Shown piece by piece: positions 46,453 to 55,518 of a DNA stretch of 64,000 nt. The first letter of the stretch is position 1, and the number at the start of each line of letters is the position of its first letter. A program made the position numbers and the translations under genes. This stretch comes from Anaerolineae bacterium (GTDB lineage: Bacteria > Chloroflexota > Anaerolineae > B4-G1 > SLSP01), in NCBI GenBank assembly GCA_034676785.1, contig JAXDDP010000157.1, positions 25,920 through 89,919 on the forward strand, given 5' to 3'. Below the pieces are notes generated by a model that was not told the DNA's origin, ran no database searches, and saw only the letters and a list, made by a program, of their open reading frames with translations.

Positions 46453-46872
46453 ATGAGCAAGAAGTACTCTCGTCGCATCAACCAGTTGATCCAACGTAAG
46501 GTCACACAGCTTCTATTGGAGCAAAGCAACGATCCTCGCCTAGCTGAAGTCACGATCACCGATGTCAGCGTCAACCGTGACACGACACGCGCCGAGATCT
46601 ACTTCAGCGTAATCGCGACACCCGAAGAGATCGCGGGTGTGCAACAGGCGCTTGATGGTGCTGCAGGGTGGTTGCGCAAGGAGATGGCGCCTACGCTGAG
46701 ACTGCGGAATATCCCCGCATTGGCTTTCATCTATGATCCCTCGCTCGCCCATGGGGCGCGCATCGAGGAGTTGCTGCACAAGCTGCAGGAGGAAGACAAG
46801 ATTCATGGGTCCGACTCAGACACCGACGACGACAACGCTGATTCAGGCGACTTCGATACTGCTGAAGAGTGA
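46453..46872 (+). CDS. rbfA: Ribosome-binding factor A
   Basis: RRINQLIQRKVTQLLLEQSNDPRL..VTITDVSVNRDTTRAEIYFSV...LRNIPALAFIYD matches RbfA. An acidic C-terminal tail follows. Start chosen at 46453. Confidence 0.9.
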   Translation: MSKKYSRRINQLIQRKVTQLLLEQSNDPRLAEVTITDVSVNRDTTRAEIYFSVIATPEEIAGVQQALDGAAGWLRKEMAPTLRLRNIPALAFIYDPSLAHGARIEELLHKLQEEDKIHGSDSDTDDDNADSGDFDTAEE

Positions 46873-47815
46873 GCGTCCGCTCCTCATCGCCCACCCACGA
46901 CCTGACGGGGACGCCGTCGGATCAACGCTCGCCCTACGGCTCGCGTTGCTGCAGCTGGGAAAGCAACCCACGGTAGCGTGCGTCCATCCGCTCGCCGACA
47001 ATCTGGCCTATCTCCCCGGCGCCGACGCCTTTGTCAGCGACGTACCGGAAGACGGTAACTGCGACCTTGTCGTCGCGATCGATATGAGCGACCTCAAGCG
47101 TACCGGGGGGATCTACCGGGATAGCTGGTTCGGACAGAAGCCGTTACTCGTGATCGACCACCATGAGACCAATGATCAGTTTGGTGACGTGAACCTTGTC
47201 GACCCACACGCGGCAGCAACAGCGGTTCTGATGGTAGACGTGATCAGAGCACTCGGTGTCCCAGTCGTCGATGCCATAGCGACCTGCCTGCTAGTGGGGC
47301 TGCTTACGGATACCCGAGGACTGCGGACTGACAGCACGACACCCGCCGTCCTGAGACTGGTGAGTGAGTTGATCGAGGTGGGCGGAGACTACCTTGGAGC
47401 GATGCGCAAGACGCTGGATGCCGTTCCCTATCAGACAATGCGTGGGTGGGGTGTGGCGCTCAATGGTCTGCAACTGAAAGGGCGCGTCGGCTGGGCAGCA
47501 GTTCCCATCGCCGAGAAACAGGCGTTGGGCATTGAGGACCACGACGACCTCGACCTCGGTGACCTGCTCAGCCGTGTTGCCGAGGCGAAGATCGCAGCTG
47601 CATTCATCGAGATGAGCGACGCCACCGTCAAGGTGAGTCTCCGTTCGCGGCAAGGCTATAACGTCGCCAGCATCGCGCACGCGTTCGGCGGCGGTGGTCA
47701 CCGCCAGGCCTCCGGCTTCACGATTGACGGACCACTCGATGAGGCCGTGTCACGCGTGCTGGCTGCTATTGAGGAGACGCTGGATCAGCATGATCAACGG
47801 TGTGCTGGTCGTTGA
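46805..47815 (+). CDS. nrnA: DHH/DHHA1 phosphoesterase (NrnA-like oligoribonuclease / pAp phosphatase)
   Basis: HPRPDGDAVGS (motif I), DHHETN (the DHH motif) and the DHHA1 motif FGGGGHRQASGF. The start is uncertain: ATG 46805 would overlap rbfA by 68 nt. Confidence 0.82.
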   Translation: MGPTQTPTTTTLIQATSILLKSERPLLIAHPRPDGDAVGSTLALRLALLQLGKQPTVACVHPLADNLAYLPGADAFVSDVPEDGNCDLVVAIDMSDLKRTGGIYRDSWFGQKPLLVIDHHETNDQFGDVNLVDPHAAATAVLMVDVIRALGVPVVDAIATCLLVGLLTDTRGLRTDSTTPAVLRLVSELIEVGGDYLGAMRKTLDAVPYQTMRGWGVALNGLQLKGRVGWAAVPIAEKQALGIEDHDDLDLGDLLSRVAEAKIAAAFIEMSDATVKVSLRSRQGYNVASIAHAFGGGGHRQASGFTIDGPLDEAVSRVLAAIEETLDQHDQRCAGR

Positions 47816-48677
47816 CAAACCCGCAGGGCTAACTTCCCACGATGTGGTCGACCGAGTCCGTCGCCTGACGAGCATCCGGCGTGTCGGACACACAGGCACC
47901 CTGGATCCGATGGCTACCGGGGTGCTGGGCGTCCTTCTCGGTCCGGCGACGCGACTGGCGCAGTTTGCTACGCAAGGCGAGAAACGGTACTGGGGTGTCC
48001 TCAGGCTTGGCCAGACCACCAGTACCTATGACGCGGACGGAATGATCGTCGACGAGAAGGCCGTCGAGGTCGATCTTGAGGACATCCGGTCTGTGCTGCC
48101 GCAGTTCTGCGGCACCATCGACCAACTACCCCCGATGGTCTCGGCCATCAGAGTCAACGGGAAGCGCCTCTACGAGCACGCCAGGCAAGGCGAAGAGATC
48201 CAGCGAACGCCGCGATCGGTCACGATCTTCAGTATGACGATCCTGGATTGGACCTCTCCCGACCTCACTTTCGAAGTATCGTGTTCTGCAGGCACATACA
48301 TCCGCAGTCTGGCCCACGATATCGGACAGGTGCTGGGCTGTGGAGGACACCTACGTGCGCTACGCCGCACCGCCAGCGGCCCCTTCGAGCTTGGGCAAAG
48401 CCATTCCCTGGAGGATCTTGAGCTGATGCGCGTGCAGGGATGCCTGATCGAGGCGCTTTTGCCTCCTGCGGCGGCGCTCGGGTCGATGCCTGTAGCTGTA
48501 ACGTCCGCGGATCAGGAACGCGCGCTTCGCTTCGGGCAAGGGATCACGCTAGCATTGTCTGCATCCTCTGATCGGGTCCAGGCGCATAACGCCCACGGTG
48601 AACTGATCGCCGTGCTGAAACGCACGGATGGCGATGTCTACCGGCCTGTAGTGGTTCTCCCGCCAGCCGACAACTGA
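47790..48677 (+). CDS. truB: tRNA pseudouridine(55) synthase
   Basis: NGVLVVDKPAGLTSHDVV and the catalytic Asp block VGHTGTLDPMATGVL, then QLPPMVSAIRVNGKRLYE. Start chosen at 47790. Confidence 0.93.
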   Translation: MINGVLVVDKPAGLTSHDVVDRVRRLTSIRRVGHTGTLDPMATGVLGVLLGPATRLAQFATQGEKRYWGVLRLGQTTSTYDADGMIVDEKAVEVDLEDIRSVLPQFCGTIDQLPPMVSAIRVNGKRLYEHARQGEEIQRTPRSVTIFSMTILDWTSPDLTFEVSCSAGTYIRSLAHDIGQVLGCGGHLRALRRTASGPFELGQSHSLEDLELMRVQGCLIEALLPPAAALGSMPVAVTSADQERALRFGQGITLALSASSDRVQAHNAHGELIAVLKRTDGDVYRPVVVLPPADN

Positions 48678-48701
48678 GACTGCAACCCGGACGGAGCCCA
48701 G

Positions 48702-49910
48702 ATGGACACCACCACACTCAAGCCCTATCTGAAGAAAGATGTCGCTTTCACGATCTCGGGCCAACGGCTGGAATTTGCTGTGTCACAGACCTTGTTCAGC
48801 AGCCACCAGGTGGACATTGGATCGGCACATTTGCTCAAGACGCTGCCTTTCGACCGCATCAGAGACAACGCCCGGATCCTGGATCTTGGCTGTGGGTATG
48901 GGCCGCTCGGATTGACCTTGGCATGGCTAAAGCCTACAGCGGAAGTCCACATGGTCGATCGAGATGCCCTGGCCGTTGACTTCACTCTGCTCAACGCGCA
49001 CCGCCTTGGCGTGTCCAATGCTGTGGCCTACGGCAGCCTCGGCTACAATGACGTGCGGAGTCGCACCTTCGACCTCATCATCTCCAATATCCCCGGTAAG
49101 GCAGGCGGAGCGGTGATTCGAGCCCTTGTGCTTGATGCTCGGCACCACCTATCCGGGGCGGGAATGGCCGTGATCGTCGTGGTCCGCCCGCTGGAGCAGA
49201 TGGTCCTGGACCTGCTGACAGACCCCTCAGTCGAGATTGTCTTGCAGCAGACAACGGCGGCTCACGCCGTGTTCCACTATCGCTTCGTCACAGGACCATC
49301 CGATTCGGAAGGTGCTGACGGGTCAGACCAGAGCATTTACGATCGCGGAGAGATCTTTTTCCCGTTGGAGGGACTGGCCGTTCCGTTACGGACGGCCTAC
49401 GGATTGCCCGAGTTCGATACGCTTAGTTTTGAGACCGAATTGCTGCTTAAGGCCTACCAGGATCTAGGGGAGATCCATCCACGGCAGGCAGTCATCTTCA
49501 ACCCTCGTCAGGGGCATCTTGCGGTTGCGCTCTGGCGTCTGTTCCGACCCACAGCAATCGATCTCGTTGACCGCGACCTGCTGAGCCTGCGTTACGCACG
49601 AGAGAACCTCATTCGCGGTGGCTGCCCCGCAGGAGCAATCGGTCTGCACCACCAGACGGAACTGGTGCCCGCAGGCGCTGAGCCCGATCTCGTCGTGGGA
49701 CTGGTGCGCGAAGACGAAGGTCCTGACGCGGTCGAGGCCACAGTCGCCCAGGCTGGCAAACAGCTGGTTCGGGGCGGGTCAATGCTGATCGCCGGTGGAT
49801 CTACTCCCATCACCCGTATCCTGAAATCAAGAGCGATTGGCACCTACCTGCGTGCTGGCAAGCGCAGGCGAAGCAAGGGAAATAGCTCCATCCTGTTCCA
49901 GCGGGTCTGA
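48702..49910 (+). CDS. Two-lobed class I SAM-dependent methyltransferase (RsmC/RlmG-like rRNA m2G methyltransferase)
   Basis: SAM motif I ILDLGCGYGPLGL and motif IV ISNIPGKAG (NPPF-like) are in the N-terminal lobe. A second degenerate MTase-like lobe follows. Confidence 0.75.
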   Translation: MDTTTLKPYLKKDVAFTISGQRLEFAVSQTLFSSHQVDIGSAHLLKTLPFDRIRDNARILDLGCGYGPLGLTLAWLKPTAEVHMVDRDALAVDFTLLNAHRLGVSNAVAYGSLGYNDVRSRTFDLIISNIPGKAGGAVIRALVLDARHHLSGAGMAVIVVVRPLEQMVLDLLTDPSVEIVLQQTTAAHAVFHYRFVTGPSDSEGADGSDQSIYDRGEIFFPLEGLAVPLRTAYGLPEFDTLSFETELLLKAYQDLGEIHPRQAVIFNPRQGHLAVALWRLFRPTAIDLVDRDLLSLRYARENLIRGGCPAGAIGLHHQTELVPAGAEPDLVVGLVREDEGPDAVEATVAQAGKQLVRGGSMLIAGGSTPITRILKSRAIGTYLRAGKRRRSKGNSSILFQRV

Positions 49911-49958
49911 GCCTGACTCGAGACACCGGCGCAGGAACCAGGACAGAAGACGGCATCC

Positions 49959-50906
49959 ATGTGGGTCGAATACGACATCGGTCATCTGAGGCTTCGGGAA
50001 CCCCACGCAGCCACGATAGGCGCATTTGACGGCGTCCATCGCGGGCATCAAACCTTGATCGGAAGCATGGTCGCCGAGAGTCGCATCCGCGGCGTAACGC
50101 CACTCGTGGTCACCTTTCACCCACTTCCGGGACAACTGAAGGACCCCCAGGGCTACCGGCTTCTCTCAACGCTGCCCGAACGGCTCGAGCGCTTCGCTGA
50201 ACTTGGGGTTGAGGGAGCCATCGTCATCCAGTTTGATGCCGCGTTCATGCGCACAAGCGCGCTCGAGTTTGCAGCGGCGCTGGCAAGCAACCTATCGCTG
50301 CGCGCCCTGTGGACAGGGCCAGACTTCCGGTTGGGCCGGGGACGTGAAGGGGACATCGCCTTCCTCCGCCAGGCTGGTGGCCGACTCGGGTTCGATGTGC
50401 GCACCCTACAGCACACTGTAACCTGGAGAGGCACCCCAGTGCGAAGCAGCCGGATTCGTGAAGCTCTGAAGATAGGTGATGTCGAGACTGCGAACGGCTG
50501 CCTGGGCCATCCCTACAGGCTAACGGGCATCGTGGAACACGGAGAGCGAAGAGGGCGCCTGTTGGGGTTTCCTACGGCCAATCTGCAGGTCGAGGAAAGT
50601 AGACTGCGGCCTGGAAACGGTGTCTATGTCTGTCGAGCACATCTGGGGACAGCGGCTTATCACACGATCACGAACGTCGGAACACGTCCCACGTTCGACC
50701 ATCACCCCCCGAATGTTGAGGCCCACCTGCTTGACTTCTCAGGCCGCATTTACGGGCGCACAGTGCAATTGGACTTCCTGAAGTATCTCCGGCCGGAGCT
50801 CAAATTCGGATCGGTCGACGAGTTGGTGCATCAGATCCGCCTTGACGAAGCGACGGCCAGAGCCTGGCTCCGGGACTACCGGGATGAGCCGGAAGGGCGT
50901 GCCTAG
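49959..50906 (+). CDS. ribF: Bifunctional riboflavin kinase / FMN adenylyltransferase
   Basis: IGAFDGVHRGHQ (FAD synthetase) and, in the riboflavin kinase domain, LGFPTANL, GVYV and PTFD. Confidence 0.93.
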   Translation: MWVEYDIGHLRLREPHAATIGAFDGVHRGHQTLIGSMVAESRIRGVTPLVVTFHPLPGQLKDPQGYRLLSTLPERLERFAELGVEGAIVIQFDAAFMRTSALEFAAALASNLSLRALWTGPDFRLGRGREGDIAFLRQAGGRLGFDVRTLQHTVTWRGTPVRSSRIREALKIGDVETANGCLGHPYRLTGIVEHGERRGRLLGFPTANLQVEESRLRPGNGVYVCRAHLGTAAYHTITNVGTRPTFDHHPPNVEAHLLDFSGRIYGRTVQLDFLKYLRPELKFGSVDELVHQIRLDEATARAWLRDYRDEPEGRA

Positions 50907-50915
50907 AGCCTCCGG

Positions 50916-51719
50916 CTAGGCGCCCAAGTCGTATACCCGACGCCTCTCCCAGCCGGCGGCTGAAGCGACCTCGCGGGCAGCCTGTGAGCGCGATAGCCCA
51001 TGCGCCATGCGATCAGCAAGAGCGGCCCGAACACGATCTTCATCCCAGACGGTGTGATCCTCGGTGGCCCCAGCAACCACCAATGTGTACTCGCCGCGCG
51101 GCGGGTGGTCGGACACCCACTGCAGCACATCCCCCAGATCGCCACGCCAGACTTCCTCATAGAGCTTCGTCAGTTCACGACAAAGCGCCAACGGGCGGTT
51201 CCCCAGGACCTCGTGCATGAGGCGCAGGGTCTGCTCGAGCCGATGTGGCGCCTCGTAAAGGATGAGCGTCGCCCGGATCGAGGCTAGTGCACGAAGTGCA
51301 TCCTCAGGGCGTCTACGCGGCAGGAATCCGACGAACAGGAATTGGTCGGTCGGCAGGCCAGACACCACCAGGGCTGACACGTGAGCCGAAGGGCCAGGGA
51401 CAGGAACAACCGACACACCACGTAGAATCGCAGCCTCGATGAGTGGGTAGCCAGGATCCGATATCCCGGGCATCCCTGCCTCTGAAATCAGGGCAACATC
51501 GCCACGCTCCAACGCCTCCAGGATTTCGGGGATCCTGCGCCTCTCGTTGCCTTCGTAATACGACGTAACCGGCGTTGTGATCTGATAATGGCTCAGGAGG
51601 ATCCCCGCCTTGCGGGTGTTCTCAGCGGCAATCAGACTCACATCGCGCAGTATCCGCAGGGCGCGAAGCGTGATGTCTTCCAGGTTGCCAATGGGCGTTC
51701 CGACGATATAGAGCGTCAT
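50916..51719 (-). CDS. rsmI: 16S rRNA (cytidine1402-2'-O)-methyltransferase
   Basis: LYIVGTPIGNLEDITLRALRIL, AEDTR-like AENTRKAG and EAGMPGISDPG match RsmI. Start chosen at MTLYIVG (51719). Confidence 0.92.
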   Translation of the reverse strand: MTLYIVGTPIGNLEDITLRALRILRDVSLIAAENTRKAGILLSHYQITTPVTSYYEGNERRRIPEILEALERGDVALISEAGMPGISDPGYPLIEAAILRGVSVVPVPGPSAHVSALVVSGLPTDQFLFVGFLPRRRPEDALRALASIRATLILYEAPHRLEQTLRLMHEVLGNRPLALCRELTKLYEEVWRGDLGDVLQWVSDHPPRGEYTLVVAGATEDHTVWDEDRVRAALADRMAHGLSRSQAAREVASAAGWERRRVYDLGA

Positions 51720-51754
51720 CGCGATCGCGGACCTACTCCCGGGGCCCGTTCGAC

Positions 51755-52456
51755 TCAGTGGTTCTGGACAAAGACGATGTGAGCCAGCGACTTGGAGCAA
51801 TAGCCCGGGAAGTCGAGAGCGATCTCGGGTGAAACTGGCGGGTGGTTAGGATTGTCCCGTGAGTGGATCTGCACCCGGAAAACGCCGCGGACCTCCTGAG
51901 GTGCGCTGTTGAAAAACTGCTCCCACCCCGAATCACCATACAGCGGTTTGTCGCCCGAGTTGACAACGACATCGATGCCCCCACCCCAGACATGAATCGG
52001 GTAACCGATGAGCGCATTGCCGTCGATGTCGACAACCGTTCCGGCAACACCCATCCATGCACAGCCGTAGTACGGGGTCTCATAGCTCAAGTCATAGGAG
52101 AACGGGTAGGGCGAACGCGTCACGCGGGGAGTCGGCGACGGCGTGAGAGTGGGCGTTGCCGTAGGTGTTGATGGAATCGTCGGCTCGGGCGTCGGCGTGA
52201 TGGTCGGCGTGAAGCTCGGGGGCGGTGTGGGGGTCACTGTTGGCGTCGCCGTGGGAGTCCAAGTCGCTACAGGTGTGCGACTCGGTGTGGGCGAAGGGGT
52301 AACCGTTGCCACGATGAACCGCTCAGGATCAGGCGGAAAGGGATTGATGGGCAGGTTGGGGTTCACAGCAATGAGGATGTAGCAGACAAGCGTAAGCACT
52401 GTCAGCCCCATCGCAACCAAACTCAGCGTGTTGAAAAGTCGATCCCTTGTCGCCAT
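51755..52456 (-). CDS. Membrane-anchored hypothetical protein with a Thr/Pro-rich linker
   Basis: The ATG at 52456 follows GGAGGAG. A TM anchor (LSLVAMGLTVLTLVCYILIAV) is followed by an about 60-aa TPxP linker and a C-terminal globular domain of unknown family. Confidence 0.7.
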   Translation of the reverse strand: MATRDRLFNTLSLVAMGLTVLTLVCYILIAVNPNLPINPFPPDPERFIVATVTPSPTPSRTPVATWTPTATPTVTPTPPPSFTPTITPTPEPTIPSTPTATPTLTPSPTPRVTRSPYPFSYDLSYETPYYGCAWMGVAGTVVDIDGNALIGYPIHVWGGGIDVVVNSGDKPLYGDSGWEQFFNSAPQEVRGVFRVQIHSRDNPNHPPVSPEIALDFPGYCSKSLAHIVFVQNH

Positions 52457-52473
52457 TGTCTCCTCCCCCAAGC

Positions 52474-53427
52474 TCAGGGAGTTACGTAGATCTGGATATC
52501 AGAGGTTGCACGCAGCTGATCGATCCAGTTGCGGACCGCTTGGTCCCTGAGCAGACGCAAATTCTCCGGCTCGATGTCACGACACGCGACACGTTCCACG
52601 ACTTGCACAATATGATAGCCCAGATCACTGGGGATCACCTCACTGGTCTGCCCGGGCTGCAGCGAGAATGCCACGGCCTCTACCTCCTTGGAGGTAAGCA
52701 CGCCTTCCGGGAAGAACCCCAGATCCCCACCGAGATCGCGCGTACTGCTGTCTTGAGAGTAGGTTCGCGCCAGCGTCGCGAAATCCGCCCCAGCCTGTAA
52801 CTGCCCCAGAATCTGTCGCGCTTCTTCTTCAGTGGCCACAACAATGTGGCGCGCGTGCACATGGTCTGCCTGGGCCGAAATGGCCTCAGCGATTTGGTTG
52901 GCCATCTGCGTCGCGATCATATCGCCACGTAGTCGCTCGCGCATTTCCTCAAGCGACATATCTTCATCAGACAACCACTGCTCAAACGCCGCGTCGCCGA
53001 TATCAGCGCGCAATTGGGCGACGGTGGCGTCCAGGTCGCTCTCGGCGACCACCAGACCGGCCTGCGCGGCCTGCTGTTCAATCAGCAACTGCTCGATCAT
53101 CAGATTGAGCACCCATTGGCGCCCTTCTGCCAGGATCTGCTGGCCCTCAGGTGTATCAAGATCCTGGCCAGCGGCCGCCATCGACGTCGAGTAGCGTGCC
53201 ACCTGGCGCTCGTAGGCTGCCATCGAGACTGGTTGTCCGTTCACCTGCGCCGCCAGTGGCTCGGATGTCGGTGTCGGTGGAGCTGCGGTTGTTGGCTCAG
53301 GGCTGGCCTCGGCGTCAACCGGTTCAGATGTCGTTGGCTGCCCGGTCTCAACCGGTATCCCGATAGGTGTACCGCACGCCGTCACCAGGATCAAGAGTGC
53401 CAGCAGACCCACTTTTGTATAGCGCAT
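52474..53427 (-). CDS. Parvulin-type peptidyl-prolyl isomerase lipoprotein (PrsA/SurA-like)
   Basis: Lipoprotein signal LALLILVTAC. SurA-N-like helical region. Parvulin domain HARHIVVATEEEARQILGQLQAGADFATLARTYSQD...GGDLGFF. Confidence 0.85.
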   Translation of the reverse strand: MRYTKVGLLALLILVTACGTPIGIPVETGQPTTSEPVDAEASPEPTTAAPPTPTSEPLAAQVNGQPVSMAAYERQVARYSTSMAAAGQDLDTPEGQQILAEGRQWVLNLMIEQLLIEQQAAQAGLVVAESDLDATVAQLRADIGDAAFEQWLSDEDMSLEEMRERLRGDMIATQMANQIAEAISAQADHVHARHIVVATEEEARQILGQLQAGADFATLARTYSQDSSTRDLGGDLGFFPEGVLTSKEVEAVAFSLQPGQTSEVIPSDLGYHIVQVVERVACRDIEPENLRLLRDQAVRNWIDQLRATSDIQIYVTP

Positions 53428-53628
53428 GCATGTCCTCCGGATAGATGCCGTGCCGTCATTACCGGCCCACTGCTCATTATAAACCGAGGTGCATCTTAAC
53501 GCAATTCTACCCTGGTATGCAGACAGGTTACAGATCAGCGACTGCCCAGTCTGTATGGGCCTTCTACTTGTCAGGTGGCCCTAACCTTCCACGCTTCGGC
53601 ATCAGGAGATAGGCACAGCGTCGAAGCC

Positions 53629-53656
53629 TTGACTGGGCACTGCATCTGGCTACAAT
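53629..53656 (+). promoter_or_regulatory. Candidate promoter (TTGACT-16 nt-TACAAT) upstream of the GNAT gene
   Basis: Motif match about 100 nt upstream of 53760. Confidence 0.3.
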
Positions 53657-53759
53657 CCGTCCGAACGCGCATCGTTGAGCGGTCCAGCGCCATTGCTGGG
53701 TCGTCCAAGAGCTTGTCCTAACGTGGAGGCACACGATTTCCGGCAACACCGCAGCACAA

Positions 53760-54698
53760 GTGCGACCGGTTGACCCGGGCCGGGATATGCCAGCCATCCT
53801 TGATCTCGTTGAGATCGGATTTGGCGACGAGCTCGACCCGCAGGGCTGGAAGATGCTAAACCAGATGCGGAGGATCTACCAACCCAACCCACTGGCCCGT
53901 GCCATCTACGGCACCCTTGCCGATACGGACGGCTTCGTCTGCCCGAGCGGCAGTGCATTGGTCGGAAATCTGTCCTTGAGACATGCCTACCCTCGCAGCA
54001 CCCACGGTCGCCTGATAGGCAACGTCGTGGTCCATCCAGACCACCGTGGCCAGGGGATTGGCCGCGCACTTGTGGAGCACGCCATCCAAGCTGCGCGTGA
54101 AGAGCAAGCCACGTGGGTCGGGCTGGAGGTTCGCGCTGACAACGAGATTGCCAGCCGTCTCTACGACCAGTTAGGCTTCCGTGTCGTCGGGGCCACGGTG
54201 CATATGCTGCGCCCTAAAGGCTTGACTTGGCCGAACCTGGGAGCGCCGACCCAAGGGTGGCGCCGGTTCACATCACCGGACAGCAATCGTTGGAAGGAGC
54301 TGGCAGCCCGCATTCACGGGCATGATCAGCAACTTGTTTTGGAGACTCGCAGAGAGCCCTTCAGCCTCAGCAGCTTCGAGGGTTGGCTGGATCGGGTGCT
54401 CGCCCGACAGGTGGAAGATGCTCGGGTCTACCCCGGACAAAGCAACGAGATCGACCTTGCCGTACACACTATGGCCGACCGAAAACACCGCTTCCACGTC
54501 TGGGACATTCTGATGAGCCCGGATCTTGAGGCCAAGGGCGCCCGCGAGGTGATAGCACAGTGCATAGCGATGGTGCGCAGGTTCCCACCGTGGCCAGTCG
54601 TAGCCATCGTCGCCGATCAGCATTTACTGGTCGAGCAACTGCGAGCAGTCGGCTTCGAGATCCACCGTACGCTTGAGCAGATGATCCTATGGTTGTAG
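53760..54698 (+). CDS. GNAT family N-acetyltransferase with a C-terminal extension
   Basis: The acetyl-CoA binding block VVVHPDHRGQGIGRALVEHAI, then LEVRADNEIASRLYDQLGF. The start is either GTG 53760 or ATG 53787 and is uncertain. Confidence 0.78.
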   Translation: MRPVDPGRDMPAILDLVEIGFGDELDPQGWKMLNQMRRIYQPNPLARAIYGTLADTDGFVCPSGSALVGNLSLRHAYPRSTHGRLIGNVVVHPDHRGQGIGRALVEHAIQAAREEQATWVGLEVRADNEIASRLYDQLGFRVVGATVHMLRPKGLTWPNLGAPTQGWRRFTSPDSNRWKELAARIHGHDQQLVLETRREPFSLSSFEGWLDRVLARQVEDARVYPGQSNEIDLAVHTMADRKHRFHVWDILMSPDLEAKGAREVIAQCIAMVRRFPPWPVVAIVADQHLLVEQLRAVGFEIHRTLEQMILWL

Positions 54699-54759
54699 CG
54701 CATGTCCTTCAGCGCGTTCCCACCATCATCTTCAGGGTGCGTCGAGAAGATCCGCTTGC

Positions 54760-55518
54760 TCAGTGTGTCCGCCGGCGTTGACGCAGAACCTCATAGAGCG
54801 CGACTGAACCTGCGATCGCCGCATTGAGCGAGTTGATCTTGCCGCACATTGGCATACGCATCAACCAGTCACAACGTGCACGCACGAGCCGCCTAAGTCC
54901 CTCTGCTTCGCTTCCCACAACCAGCCCAAGGGGCACCGTCAGATCGCGATCGGTATAGTCTGTGGCACCAGGCGCGTCTTCAAGTCCCGCCATCCAGACA
55001 CCAGCCTCTTTGAGCTGCGCCATCTCCTGAGGAAGGTTGGTCACCTGAGCGATCAGCAGGTGCTCGGCGGCTCCCGAAGATGTGTTCACCGTAGCCGGAG
55101 TGATGCCCGCCGCGCGGCGCTCCTGAATGATCACCCCATGGACGCCCACAGCTTCAGCCGTGCGCATAAGGCTTCCCAGATTGTGGACATCCTGCAATAG
55201 GTCAAGCAAGAGCAGCAGCGGCACCTCGCCGCGATCCCCAGCCAGCGCTAATATGGCAGACGTGTCAACATAGGGATAGAGCGATGTCTCCAATGCCACA
55301 CCCTGGTGCTGATCGTGCCCAACGACCCCGGTCAGCCCGCTCCGCGAGAGCCGGTCGGTGCGCAGGCCAAGTGCTCTTGCGAGGTGCTCGATCTCCTGAA
55401 TCAAGGGGGCCGGCGACAAACCATCTAGCAGCATCAACCGATGTGCAGTGCGGCGCCCAGCACGCAGGGACTCGACCACCGCTTGGCGACCGTAGAGAAC
55501 GTCGTGGGCCAAGTTCAC
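54760..55518 (-). CDS. rlmB: 23S rRNA (guanosine2251-2'-O)-methyltransferase, SpoU/TrmH family
   Basis: An N-terminal L30e-like SpoU substrate-binding domain. SpoU motifs DVHNLGSLMRTAEA, LVVGSEAEGL and SLNAAIAGSVALYE. It overlaps the cysS stop by 4 nt. Confidence 0.9.
   Translation of the reverse strand: MNLAHDVLYGRQAVVESLRAGRRTAHRLMLLDGLSPAPLIQEIEHLARALGLRTDRLSRSGLTGVVGHDQHQGVALETSLYPYVDTSAILALAGDRGEVPLLLLLDLLQDVHNLGSLMRTAEAVGVHGVIIQERRAAGITPATVNTSSGAAEHLLIAQVTNLPQEMAQLKEAGVWMAGLEDAPGATDYTDRDLTVPLGLVVGSEAEGLRRLVRARCDWLMRMPMCGKINSLNAAIAGSVALYEVLRQRRRTH

Noticed and set aside
46805-46872. The 68-nt overlap between rbfA and nrnA as a possible frameshift or fusion.
   Set aside because: The rbfA frame ends at a clean stop with a plausible acidic tail. 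The overlap is more likely an over-extended nrnA start call. No slippery sequence is evident.
52140-52330. A periodic GT/GC-rich repeat pattern that could look like a tandem repeat or CRISPR-like array.
   Set aside because: On the minus strand it is in-frame coding sequence for a Thr/Pro linker (TPSPTPSRTPVATWTPTATPTVTPTPPP...). The units are irregular, and there are no repeat-spacer structure or cas genes.
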